From the NCBI GenBank assembly GCA_010093605.1, contig MU004194.1:130156-194155 (forward strand): 64,000 nucleotides of DNA, read 5' to 3'. Positions within the stretch are counted from its first letter, which is position 1. Each line of letters opens with the position of its first letter. Positions 1 through 10,697 of the stretch are shown in pieces. The stretch is from Lophium mytilinum (Eukaryota). The notes under the pieces were generated by a model. It saw only the letters and a list, made by a program, of their open reading frames with translations. It was not told the origin of the DNA and searched no databases. A program made the translations under genes and the position numbers.

Positions 1-20
1 GCATAAGATGCATGACTTAC

Positions 21-303
21 CAGACTCGCCGTAGTAGGTGTATGCCTTCAGCGCATCACCGCCTTTCCCGAGCTTGAGAGCGGAAGCGGGAATAATTTGG
101 TTCATAGTGAACGCGCCGCCGGAGAGGTATTTGCATGTGTCGCAATGGCTAGGGAGTCACACTCAGCCTGTGTTCTCGTCTTCAGAAGATTTACTGGAAG
201 CCGTGGGAGGCGCGTACCAAAGAACATGCTCGGTCTGGTCCTTCTCCAATTTGGCAGTCCACTCCGTCTGGCCGCAAAGGCAGCTTCCTTCATAAGTCGT
301 CAT
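21..303 (-). CDS. GFA (glutathione-dependent formaldehyde-activating enzyme)/CENP-V/Mss4-like Zn-binding protein; 5' part only, continues off the window
   Basis: Manual splice of exon 303-218, GT-AG intron 217-149 and exon 148-21 (next donor GTAAGT at 20) gives MTTYEGSCLCGQTEWTAKLEKDQTEHVLCHCDTCKYLSGGAFTMNQII..., with the GxCxCG and CHCxxC motifs of the GFA family. Absent from the ORF track. Confidence 0.85.
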
Positions 304-1697
304 ACTGTCAAGTCTCGAAATTCAAAAGCTGTGAAATGTTCAATTGATCTTTCAGTACTTTCGAAGTGCATAGAGGGTGTTAGAGCAACTTAAATACCTC
401 CACCACCCCGCATTCCTTTATCTTGACCCATCCTTCTAACAAAGCTCTAAACCACCGTTCTGAGCTAGGAACTAACTCACCCCGCTTGGCCTCAACAACA
501 CCCAATGATATTGGACTTTAAAGTTAAACTAACCACTCCTCCGCCCTCTTACATCACGCCCTACTCATCATCGCGCGGCGAGATCCGCCCTACCGGGATG
601 ACGACATATGTTTTACAGTAGAGCTAGACCCACACTCATATAGAACTTTATATCCAGTAAAGCATGCAAGGCTAGATTGGGCTCCGCGGAAGGAGCGTGG
701 TTTGGCCTCGGCGGTGATTAGCGCAAAACGTCGATGATGGCTCCGTGGAGATGGATATTGCACCAATTGGGTGCGATCTGCGGATACCTATTCCTTTCGA
801 AAGTAAGGTATTTGAAATATCACGTCTGAGGGAGCTGGATCTGGGCTGTCAAGGGATAGTAGGTAGTCGGTCACGGCTCTTCGTGCGCGGCTCCGATCCT
901 TGCGGGACGGCGTGTAAAGTGGCATGTAGCTAGCTTCCAGATAAGCAAGTAGATTCTTGTATTTGGAATAGGGAATGTATAAGACAACTGCTGGGTTTAG
1001 TGGGATGTGGGGCTTTGGGTACAGCTTGCTGATTCGTGTAGCATGCATCCTTGCTCTAGACATCAGATTAGGGCTCCAGTCCGCTAAGCTTGAATGGAAG
1101 CATCGTTCTACTAGGATTCTACAACCTTGTTCTGCTTGATAAGAGAGTTACCAATGAAGCCCCTAAATGCGAGAGCTTGTTAATAAGCAAGAAGGAACAA
1201 CAGTCTCTGTTACAAAGGTAGTCTCTAGAGTCTTAGAAAAACTTGACTCGCCACTTCAGACAAGAATTTCACAGCTAACTACACATGATGCAGTGATTTT
1301 ACACAAATTAGTCACTGGCACGAGGAGCAAGTTCTTGTTGTTGAATCTTTATTATTGAAGTATTCTTCAGGTGATTTGAGTCGCTACGTTACTTAGGAGA
1401 GTCAAGTGAATGATCCCCGTAGAGTGCGCAGTATTAGACATTCCCAGCGATCAGCTAGAAAGCGTCAATGTGCACACTATACGCCACGCAGCATGTAGAG
1501 ACACAGAGGTCCGATTAATCATCCACTGCTCATGCACCCCCATTCAATACACACGTAAGTTAATTCTCCACTGCATCGAAGTCTCAGCTAGAAACATACC
1601 CTCAAACTGGAACTCATGCCATTGTCCAAGTGACCTCATCGACATGTGTATGAGTGGACGCCCCGTCGTGATCGCATGTTTGAACTGGAAAAGCTGC

Positions 1698-4409
1698 CTA
1701 GTCATCATCATCTACAACACCTCGGTCTCGCATCTCCAGATTCTGCTTGACCTTGGTAGACGCACGAACAGTTCGGCCGCGCGAGGTAACTTGCTGATCC
1801 GCAGTACCGGAATTCGGGCTGACTTTGGGAGTGGCTGAGGCCTTGGAGCCTGCGACAGAAGAGCGAGTCCTGGTACTAGCCGCGGCTTTGGAGGCAGCTG
1901 GAGCAGGTGGAGTAGCTGGAACCTCAGCACCGAAGGCAGAAGAGCGAGTTCTCTTATTGGAGGTGGTTTTGGGAGCGACGAAAGCGGCGAAAGCAGTGGG
2001 AGTAACTGGAGCGTCAGACGCTGCGGTAGAACTCCGAGCTTGAAACCGGTTTCTCTTTTTCTTTGGGACTGCCTCCTTATCCTTCGGCACGAAGCGACCT
2101 CCTGCACGCTCCGCCCGGTTGGCCCAATGAAGGGCATTTTCCTCAGTCGAGTCTTGCGGGCTGCCTAGCTCGATCCTACCACTGTTTGCTGTGGACTGCT
2201 GGACTTCTACCTCTTCCACACCCGATCCGAGCGAGGAGCTCCACTTGCGCTTTCTTCCATTGTTCGAAGTCTCGCCATCGCTCTGCACGGATGGAGAAGA
2301 GTCAATAGCGATTGCATCCTGTGGTGTAGTCCCCTTGCTGCCGCTGATACTCTCAGGTGGCGTGAGTTGAGCCATGCCATTGCGTTTCACTGCATCGTCG
2401 TTATTCATGGCGATGATGATTCGCTCCAAACGTGTAGAGCCCTTGATTTTCATGCGCGCCTGGGCCTCGTTGAAAGCCATCAGGACGCGCTCACCTGCCT
2501 CCATACCCCCCACCTTAGTAGGCCCACGAACCCGACGACGTGGCCTCGAAGATACGGGTGCAGCGGCTCTTGGTGCAGCGGCTTTTCCTTTGGTGGAAGT
2601 CTGACGCGAGGTCGAGCGAGAAGAGATGCGCGATTCGGCTAGGGAGAGCGAGGTGTCTGGGGTCGCGGTAAGGGTCGACGGTGTGGCTTTCGGTTTGCGG
2701 GTCACATTTGGAATGTGCTTGGCTAGGTACTTAGTCGGAGTGTGAAGCGCGGTACCGGCTAGAAGTTTGAGATTGTAGGTGCTGGGTGTGTTCGAAGTCG
2801 TACGTGTTGACTGACGTCGGGCTTCCTGGATACCCTTCAGCTCCGGCTTCGATTTCTGTCTCACACGTCGGGGCACCTGCTGAACCTCCGGCTCGGACTG
2901 AACATCTTCTGGGTCCGGCTGGAACTCTTGAATAGGCATAGGATGAGTTGGGTCAACTGGACCATCCTCTGGAGAGATAGGCTCCGGAGTCTCCTCTTGG
3001 TCGGTCAACGTAGAAACAGATCCAAATGAGAAAGTTCGCACCATTGCATTCTGGTTTGAAGCTGCAGTGTTTCGCTGCAGAAATGGTTGGGTCGAGGAGC
3101 TCGGCTTCGGCTGAGCAGTAGTCTGAACCCCCGGAATTGCCTCCTGCTGTCTTGACGGCCGAACCTCTGATTGACGGTCTGGCTGTTGCTGAGATGCGAT
3201 CTCTGGTCGCTGCTCTGGCTGCGTAGCTGGGCGAGATTCTGTTTGACTACCTGGCTGCTGAATTGAATGCTCTGCATCTCGCACTGGATGATTCTCTGAT
3301 CCCTTCTCCGGCTGCATAGTTGACTGCATCTCAGGTCGCGTGATGGGCTGTTGCGTTCCATTTTGCACATATGGCGAAGGCACTGCCCGCTCCGATGTCG
3401 AGGGCACTGGCTGGCCAAACGCCAAAGATGCTGGCGGGGTGAACGACGAACGCGCTGATTGCATCGCTCCTGGCTGCTCCAACCGCTGGTCTGCCACTCT
3501 GTACTGCATCGGCCGTGAATCAGGTCTTGAGGGGAAAGTCCCAGGCGTCTGGAAATTGTTCGCAGTTGCAGTGATCGCTGGCTGGAGACGGAGACCTATC
3601 TGTGCGCGACTGGCACGGTCAATTATCTCCTTGGTGGACGTGGACGGCGAGAGATTTTCGATAAACGAAGCACGATCGGCGGGCGCAACTGGTGGAACTC
3701 CCCTAGGTGCCCTACTGGAGAGATCCACGCCTGCGTTCTTCAACATGTCCTGGGTTGCTGGGGAGAACCCGCTGAACAATGTGGAGTGCGCAACTGGAGA
3801 AATGCCGGACCTAGAGGCTAGCTCTTGACTTGATGAGGGTTGTGCAGCACCGGAAGCTTGACCCATGCGTTGGATATACGAGGCCGAAGACGCATGAGTA
3901 GTAGTGCTAGGAACCCCATAAATTGGCACCTGTGGTTCCTCTTTAGCAGGAGCGTTTCCTGCGCTTGAATGCGCCAGCGTAGTCCCGTTCATGCTCACCC
4001 TATTGATAGTGCCGTCGACTTGTCCAGATGCAGGCTGCTGGGCAAACGCAGACGGAGTATAGCCGCTACCGCGCCTCTGTACTGGCGGTGTAGAATTTGT
4101 ATACGGAGAAGGCACACCGCGGCTGGGTTGCGTAATGTATGGGTACTGGGTCGAGCCATTCTCCGTGCGCTGGCCAGTGTAGTTCATATCCGCCTGGGCT
4201 GTCTGTCGTATGGGCACGATGGATGAGTCCATAAGCTTCTCATGCAGTCGCTGCACACCGGCTCCGAACTCAAGAAGTTCGGCATAGGATATGGTCTGCT
4301 TGGTCTGGGTGCTGGGTTTATTGCAGAGGCGGTCGAATTCGCGGGTGAGTTCGAGGGAATGGTCGTGTATGTTGGGCGGCCATTTGATGGCCCCTCGCGG
4401 CGGCGCCAT
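1698..4409 (-). CDS. Large, probably intrinsically disordered S/T/P/Q-rich hypothetical protein (~900 aa) with basic NLS-like patches
   Basis: Uninterrupted 953-codon ORF; first ATG (MAPPRGAIKW) at 4409. Low complexity, with GRKRKW and PKKKRNR basic stretches. No domain recognised. Confidence 0.75.
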   Translation of the reverse strand: MAPPRGAIKWPPNIHDHSLELTREFDRLCNKPSTQTKQTISYAELLEFGAGVQRLHEKLMDSSIVPIRQTAQADMNYTGQRTENGSTQYPYITQPSRGVPSPYTNSTPPVQRRGSGYTPSAFAQQPASGQVDGTINRVSMNGTTLAHSSAGNAPAKEEPQVPIYGVPSTTTHASSASYIQRMGQASGAAQPSSSQELASRSGISPVAHSTLFSGFSPATQDMLKNAGVDLSSRAPRGVPPVAPADRASFIENLSPSTSTKEIIDRASRAQIGLRLQPAITATANNFQTPGTFPSRPDSRPMQYRVADQRLEQPGAMQSARSSFTPPASLAFGQPVPSTSERAVPSPYVQNGTQQPITRPEMQSTMQPEKGSENHPVRDAEHSIQQPGSQTESRPATQPEQRPEIASQQQPDRQSEVRPSRQQEAIPGVQTTAQPKPSSSTQPFLQRNTAASNQNAMVRTFSFGSVSTLTDQEETPEPISPEDGPVDPTHPMPIQEFQPDPEDVQSEPEVQQVPRRVRQKSKPELKGIQEARRQSTRTTSNTPSTYNLKLLAGTALHTPTKYLAKHIPNVTRKPKATPSTLTATPDTSLSLAESRISSRSTSRQTSTKGKAAAPRAAAPVSSRPRRRVRGPTKVGGMEAGERVLMAFNEAQARMKIKGSTRLERIIIAMNNDDAVKRNGMAQLTPPESISGSKGTTPQDAIAIDSSPSVQSDGETSNNGRKRKWSSSLGSGVEEVEVQQSTANSGRIELGSPQDSTEENALHWANRAERAGGRFVPKDKEAVPKKKRNRFQARSSTAASDAPVTPTAFAAFVAPKTTSNKRTRSSAFGAEVPATPPAPAASKAAASTRTRSSVAGSKASATPKVSPNSGTADQQVTSRGRTVRASTKVKQNLEMRDRGVVDDDD

Positions 4410-4824
4410 CGTCGCGCGAGGAAGATCGCGAAGGCGACCGACCGTGACGGTAGGTGGATGTCGAGGGTGTTGGTGAAGTGAGTGGTTGTGAGGACGGGTG
4501 GGATGTCGAAGTTTAAAGTTCCTCTGGCCGCCGTGACGCGAGGGGCACGTGTGATCCACTTTAAATCGCTGGCCCGAACACCAACACGGGGCCGTCAGTG
4601 CACCGAGATACCATCAGCATATGCGCATGGGAACTGCCGAGCTGGATTTCGGACTGCATGCACGTTGAAGAAGTGTATGTGGATGATTTTATTGTTTGTT
4701 GTAGAAGTGATGTTTTGCTAGACAACCCGGACTCTGGCCACTTCGTAGCCGACCCCTTCCCAGGGTGACTCCATGCCTGCCTAGTCCACTGTCACCTAAT
4801 CCTATGCAGCTCGCTTTGCCCCTT

Positions 4825-6657
4825 TCAGTCAATCTCCAGTAGCTGGTATGCTTCGCCACGGGATTCCAGTGCTGACTCGATTCTGTCCATCACTGACAGC
4901 ACCTTCTCCTCCTCCAGCCGCTGGCCAACAACCTGCACTGCTACAGGAAGCCCATCCATCTTAGTCGCATCATAGTGCATGTAAGCGCCTCGTGCAACGC
5001 CATTTAGCTTCTTCAAGTTGAAGGATGCTGGAAGCTGGTCCAGTGTCTTGTCCACGTGAGTCACGGGCATGATGCCGCATGTGTAGTCCAGCTGCCCCAT
5101 ATTAGTCGAAAGCTTAGTCAAGCGGCGAGCTCACTTACAAGGTTGAATAGGAACGTGTATCCGCAGCTGCTAACAGCATCCTTCATGCCATTATGAGGCA
5201 CTGCAGGTGTAGCATTTGGAACTGTGATCATGAAGTCCATTTTCGCCTCCTCTTGCCACCACGCATGCCAGTTCGCCTTGTAGGCCTCGCGCTTGGCCAC
5301 AAGCTGCCAATTCTCAAAAGCACTCTTCTCAGACCACCCTTGAAGAAGGCCAGCCCATATGCTGTCCTTCTTGACGTGTTTTACCCATAGATAGTAGAGG
5401 TATTTGATAGGTCGAGGAAGGTGCATGTAGAAAGACATCTGGGCTGCGCCTGGGTCATTCCACTCACCAGACCGGAAAAACGAGCTAAAAGTTCGGGTGC
5501 CGTCCGCGTTGAGAAGCTGAGAGGCAATGACGAGGGCCTCGTACGGGGATGGGGGGTTTATATCGAAGACTTCGTGTCCTTCGGAAGAGAGTGCCGTGGC
5601 AACTTGATCTAGGGCTCGGGCACAAGCTGGAGCTGGAGTGACGACACCATCGTCCCTCAGAACGCCCACTCTGAACTTCTTCTTCTCCTTGTACTCTGTC
5701 GCAACTTCCTCTCGCCACTCTAGCGGATGGACCGTGTGGTCGTACTTCCAAGGCTTCATTCCAATAAAGCTTCGGGTGAAGTAGGTCAGGTCGTTGAGTG
5801 TTCTCGCCATCGGGCTAAAGACGCTTGGGATTCCCTCTTGGCCTGGCATGCTGGTGTCGTTGCCCATCTTTGGCCACCTACCAGTGGAGCAACGGATGGA
5901 ATAGCAGCCAGAAAAGTGAGCAGGTGCGCGTACAGAGCCAGCGACGTCTGAGCCAATGCCTATGCGACTACCGCCAAAGGCGAGAATAGCACCTTCTCCT
6001 CCCGTTGAGCCACCGGGCGAGTACTTGTTGTTGTGTGGGTTCGTGCAGCGGCCCCAAACATCGTTAGTAGACTCGAAAGAAAGCAGAGTGGTTGGCAAGT
6101 TTGTCTTCACAAAAGGCACAGCGCCTGCGGGTGTCAGATGCGCGCTAGAAGGGTTGAAAGATGGGCCTACCAGCGTCCTTGAGAATCCTGACCATGATTC
6201 CATCTGCGGCATACGGCTTTCCTGTTTTGCAGGAGTATCCAACACTGGTATCAAAGCCCTTGACAACGACGGAGTCTTTCAGTGAAACGGGTATACCAGC
6301 AAGAGGCCCCTTCAAGTTGACTTCCTTCTGCGCCCATTCTTCGGCCTCGGGAAATAGAATCTCTGTCACGCAATTGGTCTTTTCTTGGGCTTTCAGTGCA
6401 ACCTTGCCATATGTTCGGAGGATATCCACGGGGTTTGTGATTTGTTTGTGGACCTCTTGCACGAGCTCTTGAATAGGCTTTCCTAATATGGTTCGGTCTT
6501 CTGACGAGAGGGGAGAGAGATAGGCTGGAGGAAGTGTTGCAATCTTAGATGCGCGCTCATTCTGCTTTCGCGTGCTGTAGTACTTGTCAGTGTTGATCGC
6601 AAAGCTATGCCAGGACTGCGACACTCACCAGTCGCGGTGGTGCTGTGACATGAACAT
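4825..6657 (-). CDS. Amidase signature family protein (acetamidase/general amidase)
   Basis: Spliced ORF starting MFMSQHHRDC|TRKQNER. Catalytic Lys in SLKDS, signature PGGSTGGEGA and GSDVAGSVRAPAHF, C-terminal GLPVAVQVVGQRLEEE. GT-AG introns near 6628-6575, ~6169-6128 and ~5137-5091. Confidence 0.93.
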
Positions 6658-8045
6658 TGCGTCGCTCGCTGCTATAGAGAATTAATGTTTGGAGGGGAGA
6701 GCTGGAGTGAGCGGGGAGAATATTAAGAAAGAGACGGGTAGCAGCGGGGGAGCTCTGGAGCTATCCGTCTTTGTAAAGGCGCGTGGGCTTCTCCGAGCGC
6801 GACGGCATGCTGAAGCCGCAGCTATCCCGCAGATATCGCGAGGACCTGCCTATCACAGCGGCAACGAGAGTGGGAGTGTGGAGTTGCGTCGTACCTGACC
6901 TCACGTGCTCTGCAACACTTCTTCACTTCTTTGTTACGAGCCTATGCTGACTTCTCTCGCAGTGAGGTGCAAATTGGGGGCCTTTGCTGCGCACGAATGT
7001 TCTCCTTACTCGTTACCTTGTGGCGATCCGAATTACTCAGTCTTCCACTCAGCACTCACGACCTCATGGACGAAGCATACTAATGCTGGATTGCAGCAGA
7101 CTTATATGGCTGCAGTTCGCGTTCCAGCAATCAGAGAGCAGCCACGAAGCTGGTCACTGCTCTGTTGTCAGTGCAGAGGTCTGGGCACGGCAAGAATTGG
7201 CTGCCATCCAGCGCGTCGCACAGAGCTTTGCCAGCCTCATCTTCTCTCAACCATCAGGCCAAACAGCTAACACGCGCCACCGTCCCGGAGCCTCTCATTG
7301 AGCCTCATGGCGATCTAATGATAGCTCCCGCGCGCCCTATCCTCTATGCTGGGCGGAGTGGGTCGCGGCATGCGGCGAAACACCCGCATCCTCAGCCGTC
7401 GACAACTGTAACCCAGCGAACCCAAAGCCCGTTGGTGTGGCTTGCCCTCCCGGCCAGCCGCCAGGCATCTGCGCGATGTGAGTGGCTCTCGACTAGCTAT
7501 GCGGCGAGTGGGCGAGAAGTGTTGTTTATGCTGTAGCCGCCCACTCGCGTCGCTGTCTTTGCGTCAAACTCTCGCTAGATCGGAGAATTTCTGGGCAAGG
7601 CCATTCGCGCTGCTGATTGGCAGGCCCAGCGACTACTCACGATCTGATGAAACGACCACCAAGCACAGATGTCGACAGGAATAGCAATCGCCTGTCGTTG
7701 TGGGCTGGCAACTGACTTGTGCCAGACATCTCTAGATATATAAACCACGTAGACGCTGCGGTTTGTAGCTCCCATCATCAACTCAACAAACCAGCTCAGC
7801 ATTTCCATCTCTTGACGACTTTCCTTCCGTCTTTTTTCCTTGCATCTCTTTCTGTTTTCGGGTCAGGCCTCACTCTTTCACAAAAGTCTTCTGCCAGCAC
7901 TTGCATTCTCTTCTATCTGCCGGCAGATCACGATCCATTCTTTGCTACTTAAGCTGTCCTCCTGACCGTCAACTGTCGTTCCGCACTATCTACGCTTTTG
8001 CAACCACACACTTTCTCTACAACCACCACCGCCAACTCAGCCATC

Positions 8046-8702
8046 ATGCCTGTCCCATCCTATGGAGCTGCTCCCCTCAGCAAGACCTTCCTCCTCGTGC
8101 GCATCCTCCAAGTCGTCGCCATGATCTCCATCGTCGGCATGACCGCCAACTTCGTCTCCTTGATCGTTTCCAGTGGCATTGAGCCTCCCAAGGAGTTCGT
8201 GGGAACCCTCAGCGTGGTATGTACCTCTCTGATCCTCAATATTGTGCAACACAACCTAACTAAACATCTCCAGACCTGTATCGCCACGCTTTACTGCCTC
8301 GTCAGCATCGCCTTCTACTACTCCGAAGCCAACCTCGGCCTCTTCGTCATGTCCGGGTTCGACTCGCTCCTGCTCATCGCCTTCATCGTCGTCGCCGTCA
8401 CCGTCGGCAAGCCGCTCTCTTTCCTGAACTGCTATGTTATCGGCAACGCCTCCAAGGAAGTCGAGGCCGCGTCCGCCTACGCCTTTACCGAGTCTGTCAC
8501 CCAGAACCTCAATATCGTGGGCAACAAGCTGTACCTGGGCAACTGGGCCGGCGCGACCAAGGCCAACTGCTTCGAGACCAAAGCGATCTGGGGCCTGAGC
8601 ATTGCACTGTGCCTGCTCTTCACGACCTCGTGCATTCTCCTCCCGACGCTCTTTTACAAGAACAAGAAGGCGGCTGCGGCGCCCAAGTCGGTGGATGTTT
8701 AG
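8046..8702 (+). CDS. Four-TM MARVEL-like fungal membrane protein
   Basis: ATG at 8046 (MPVPSYGAAPLSKTFLLVRILQ), in-frame GTATGT...CTAAC...CAG intron 8217-8273, four hydrophobic segments, C-x3-KAIWGLSIAL C-terminal pattern and strong coding-type C3 codon bias. Confidence 0.8.
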   Translation: MPVPSYGAAPLSKTFLLVRILQVVAMISIVGMTANFVSLIVSSGIEPPKEFVGTLSVVCTSLILNIVQHNLTKHLQTCIATLYCLVSIAFYYSEANLGLFVMSGFDSLLLIAFIVVAVTVGKPLSFLNCYVIGNASKEVEAASAYAFTESVTQNLNIVGNKLYLGNWAGATKANCFETKAIWGLSIALCLLFTTSCILLPTLFYKNKKAAAAPKSVDV

Positions 8703-9212
8703 AGCGGTGGCACTGACGCACTTATGGAGGGTTTTGAGGAAAGGAGCGACCAGTCTTGTCACGCATAGCAGTGGCCGCCACACTTCCCCTCTCTCTCACT
8801 TCCACTACTACAGCCCCTCATACTCTCCCTCTCCCTCACACATACACATACACAGTTCATCGCATTTTCAGGAGTCCACTGGGGCGTCTAGCATTTTTGT
8901 CGGTCTTTACAGTCTTGTCGAATTCGGTTCTTGGTCACAGACATTGCATGTCTCTAATCTAATGAAAATAATGATGGGAGGTTTTCTCGGACACTTTCGC
9001 TCTATCGGTGCTATGATGACAGTGACGCCGCTTTCAGTATACCTTGGCATTGAAGAAACCCGTGATCTCGAAATCGTCTCCGAAGTTCTTTACCATGCCT
9101 CATCCGATGGTCACATTCTTAAAGTAGTAAGCTCGCATGCCCATCGAAGCTTGCTGTCACGCTCACTCTAGAAGCATTCAGCCCCCCTTCCCTATCAATG
9201 AATAACACAAGT

Positions 9213-10697
9213 CTAGTAGACATTTAACAACCCATCATTTCCCAGCTCAATCTCAACATCTAGCACAAACCCCCAGCAATACCAACCCCCATCTCCATCT
9301 ACCCCAAGCAGCGCAACCACCACCACCACCCCAACCAAACCCGCCGCAACCTGCCGCCCAACTTCCCCACTCGCACCGCCCTGCGCGCGCGTGACCGCCG
9401 CTGGCAGACTACTAAAAAAGTCGCAGTGCCCCATCTCCGGGTTCTAGCACACGGGGCTCTCCTTGCCTGCAGGCACAGTCGTCTTTTCACCGCACCGTGC
9501 GCCCGTGGCGACGTTGTAGCAGCGCTTAACGCGCCGCTGTCCCCGACGTCGCTGCAGGGCCGGTTCCTGTCGGCGTTGAGGCAGACCTGGGACGGGCAGC
9601 TGTTGCAGCAGCCGCACGCGGGTGTCTTGACGCAGGGCTGCCAGGTGCGGATGTCGACGCAGCAGTTGAACACGAGGCCCAGCGCGCCAAAGGCGGGCAG
9701 GTGCAGGGCGGTGCTATTTGGAGCGGTGTCGTCGTAGAAGCAGCGTTGCCAAGTGCGGACGTCGAGGCAGTAGTACTCATAGCAGGGGATGTTGGTGCTG
9801 GGCTTTTTGCAGCCGTCAGTGAAGCCGTTGCAGGCTTTCCCGGATGCGTCTACGCAGGTGCGTTGCTGAGTTGTGGTGACGCATTGGTGCCGTCGGTGGT
9901 TTCGATGCAGTCGTCGCTTTCGTCTTCGCATGGGCAACGGGGAAGGTTCCTGCGGTGGCATCCTGATACTTCGTGGCACAGCTTCTTGGGATCAGTCTTG
10001 TCGACGCAGTCGGCTAAAGCGTTGTCGCAGGGCTTGTTGGTGTTCTTGTCTTTGCATTTCCAGCACTCCTTTCCGTCGGATTCGACGTAGTCCTGTGCGT
10101 ATACGTGTTTGTAGATGGTATTTGTGCCCTTCGTTATGCGGGGAGATCCGCAGCACGGTGTATCCAGGGCTCCAGCTTTCACGGAGTCTTCGCTGCAATT
10201 ATCGCAGATGCTCCCGCTCGATTTGCTGGCACGCGTCAGTATGCAATTGTCGAAGCTGTCGTCCTTAACGCAGCCTGGAGAGGTACTATTACACTTCTTT
10301 ACATGATTGGAATCTCTGGTATGGCTTCATCGCAAAAGATTCAGTTCCCTGGATAACACAGGCCGAAATTCCAGTTACGGAGGTTTGGGCAGTCCCGTGC
10401 TGGTTGTAAAATCTGATACAGGCGAGCATTCGGAGACAAAATCGATACTCTAGGTGTCATCTGTCGGAGGAGTGTTCGGAGGGGCCAAGGGGGCTGGAAG
10501 AGACTCGGGTGCTTTTGTGGGCTCGCTATTCGGTGCAGGAAACGCTCCCAGTGCGCGGGCATCTGTGGATGGTCGAGCATCGGTTGAACTGTATCAAGAG
10601 GTGTGGGGCCGTCAGACTGAGCAATGGCGCACAGGGCAAAGAGCGATACAGCGATGAGCAAAACTAAAGAAAGCAGACCAGCTCCTAATTTGGCCAT
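9213..10697 (-). pseudogene. Disrupted cysteine-rich repeat secreted/GPI-anchored cell-surface protein
   Basis: Signal peptide MAKLGAGLLSLVLLIAVSLFALCAIA, a P/S/T-rich linker, a Cys-rich region spread over successive frames, and a hydrophobic C-terminal tail. In-frame stops at 10450-52, 10375-77, 10327-29 and 9444-46; about three frame changes. Confidence 0.7.

Noticed and set aside
738..837. Canonical hammerhead ribozyme
   Set aside because: CTGCGGA deviates from CUGANGA, and the stems cannot be arranged with both an NUH cleavage site and direct core junctions.
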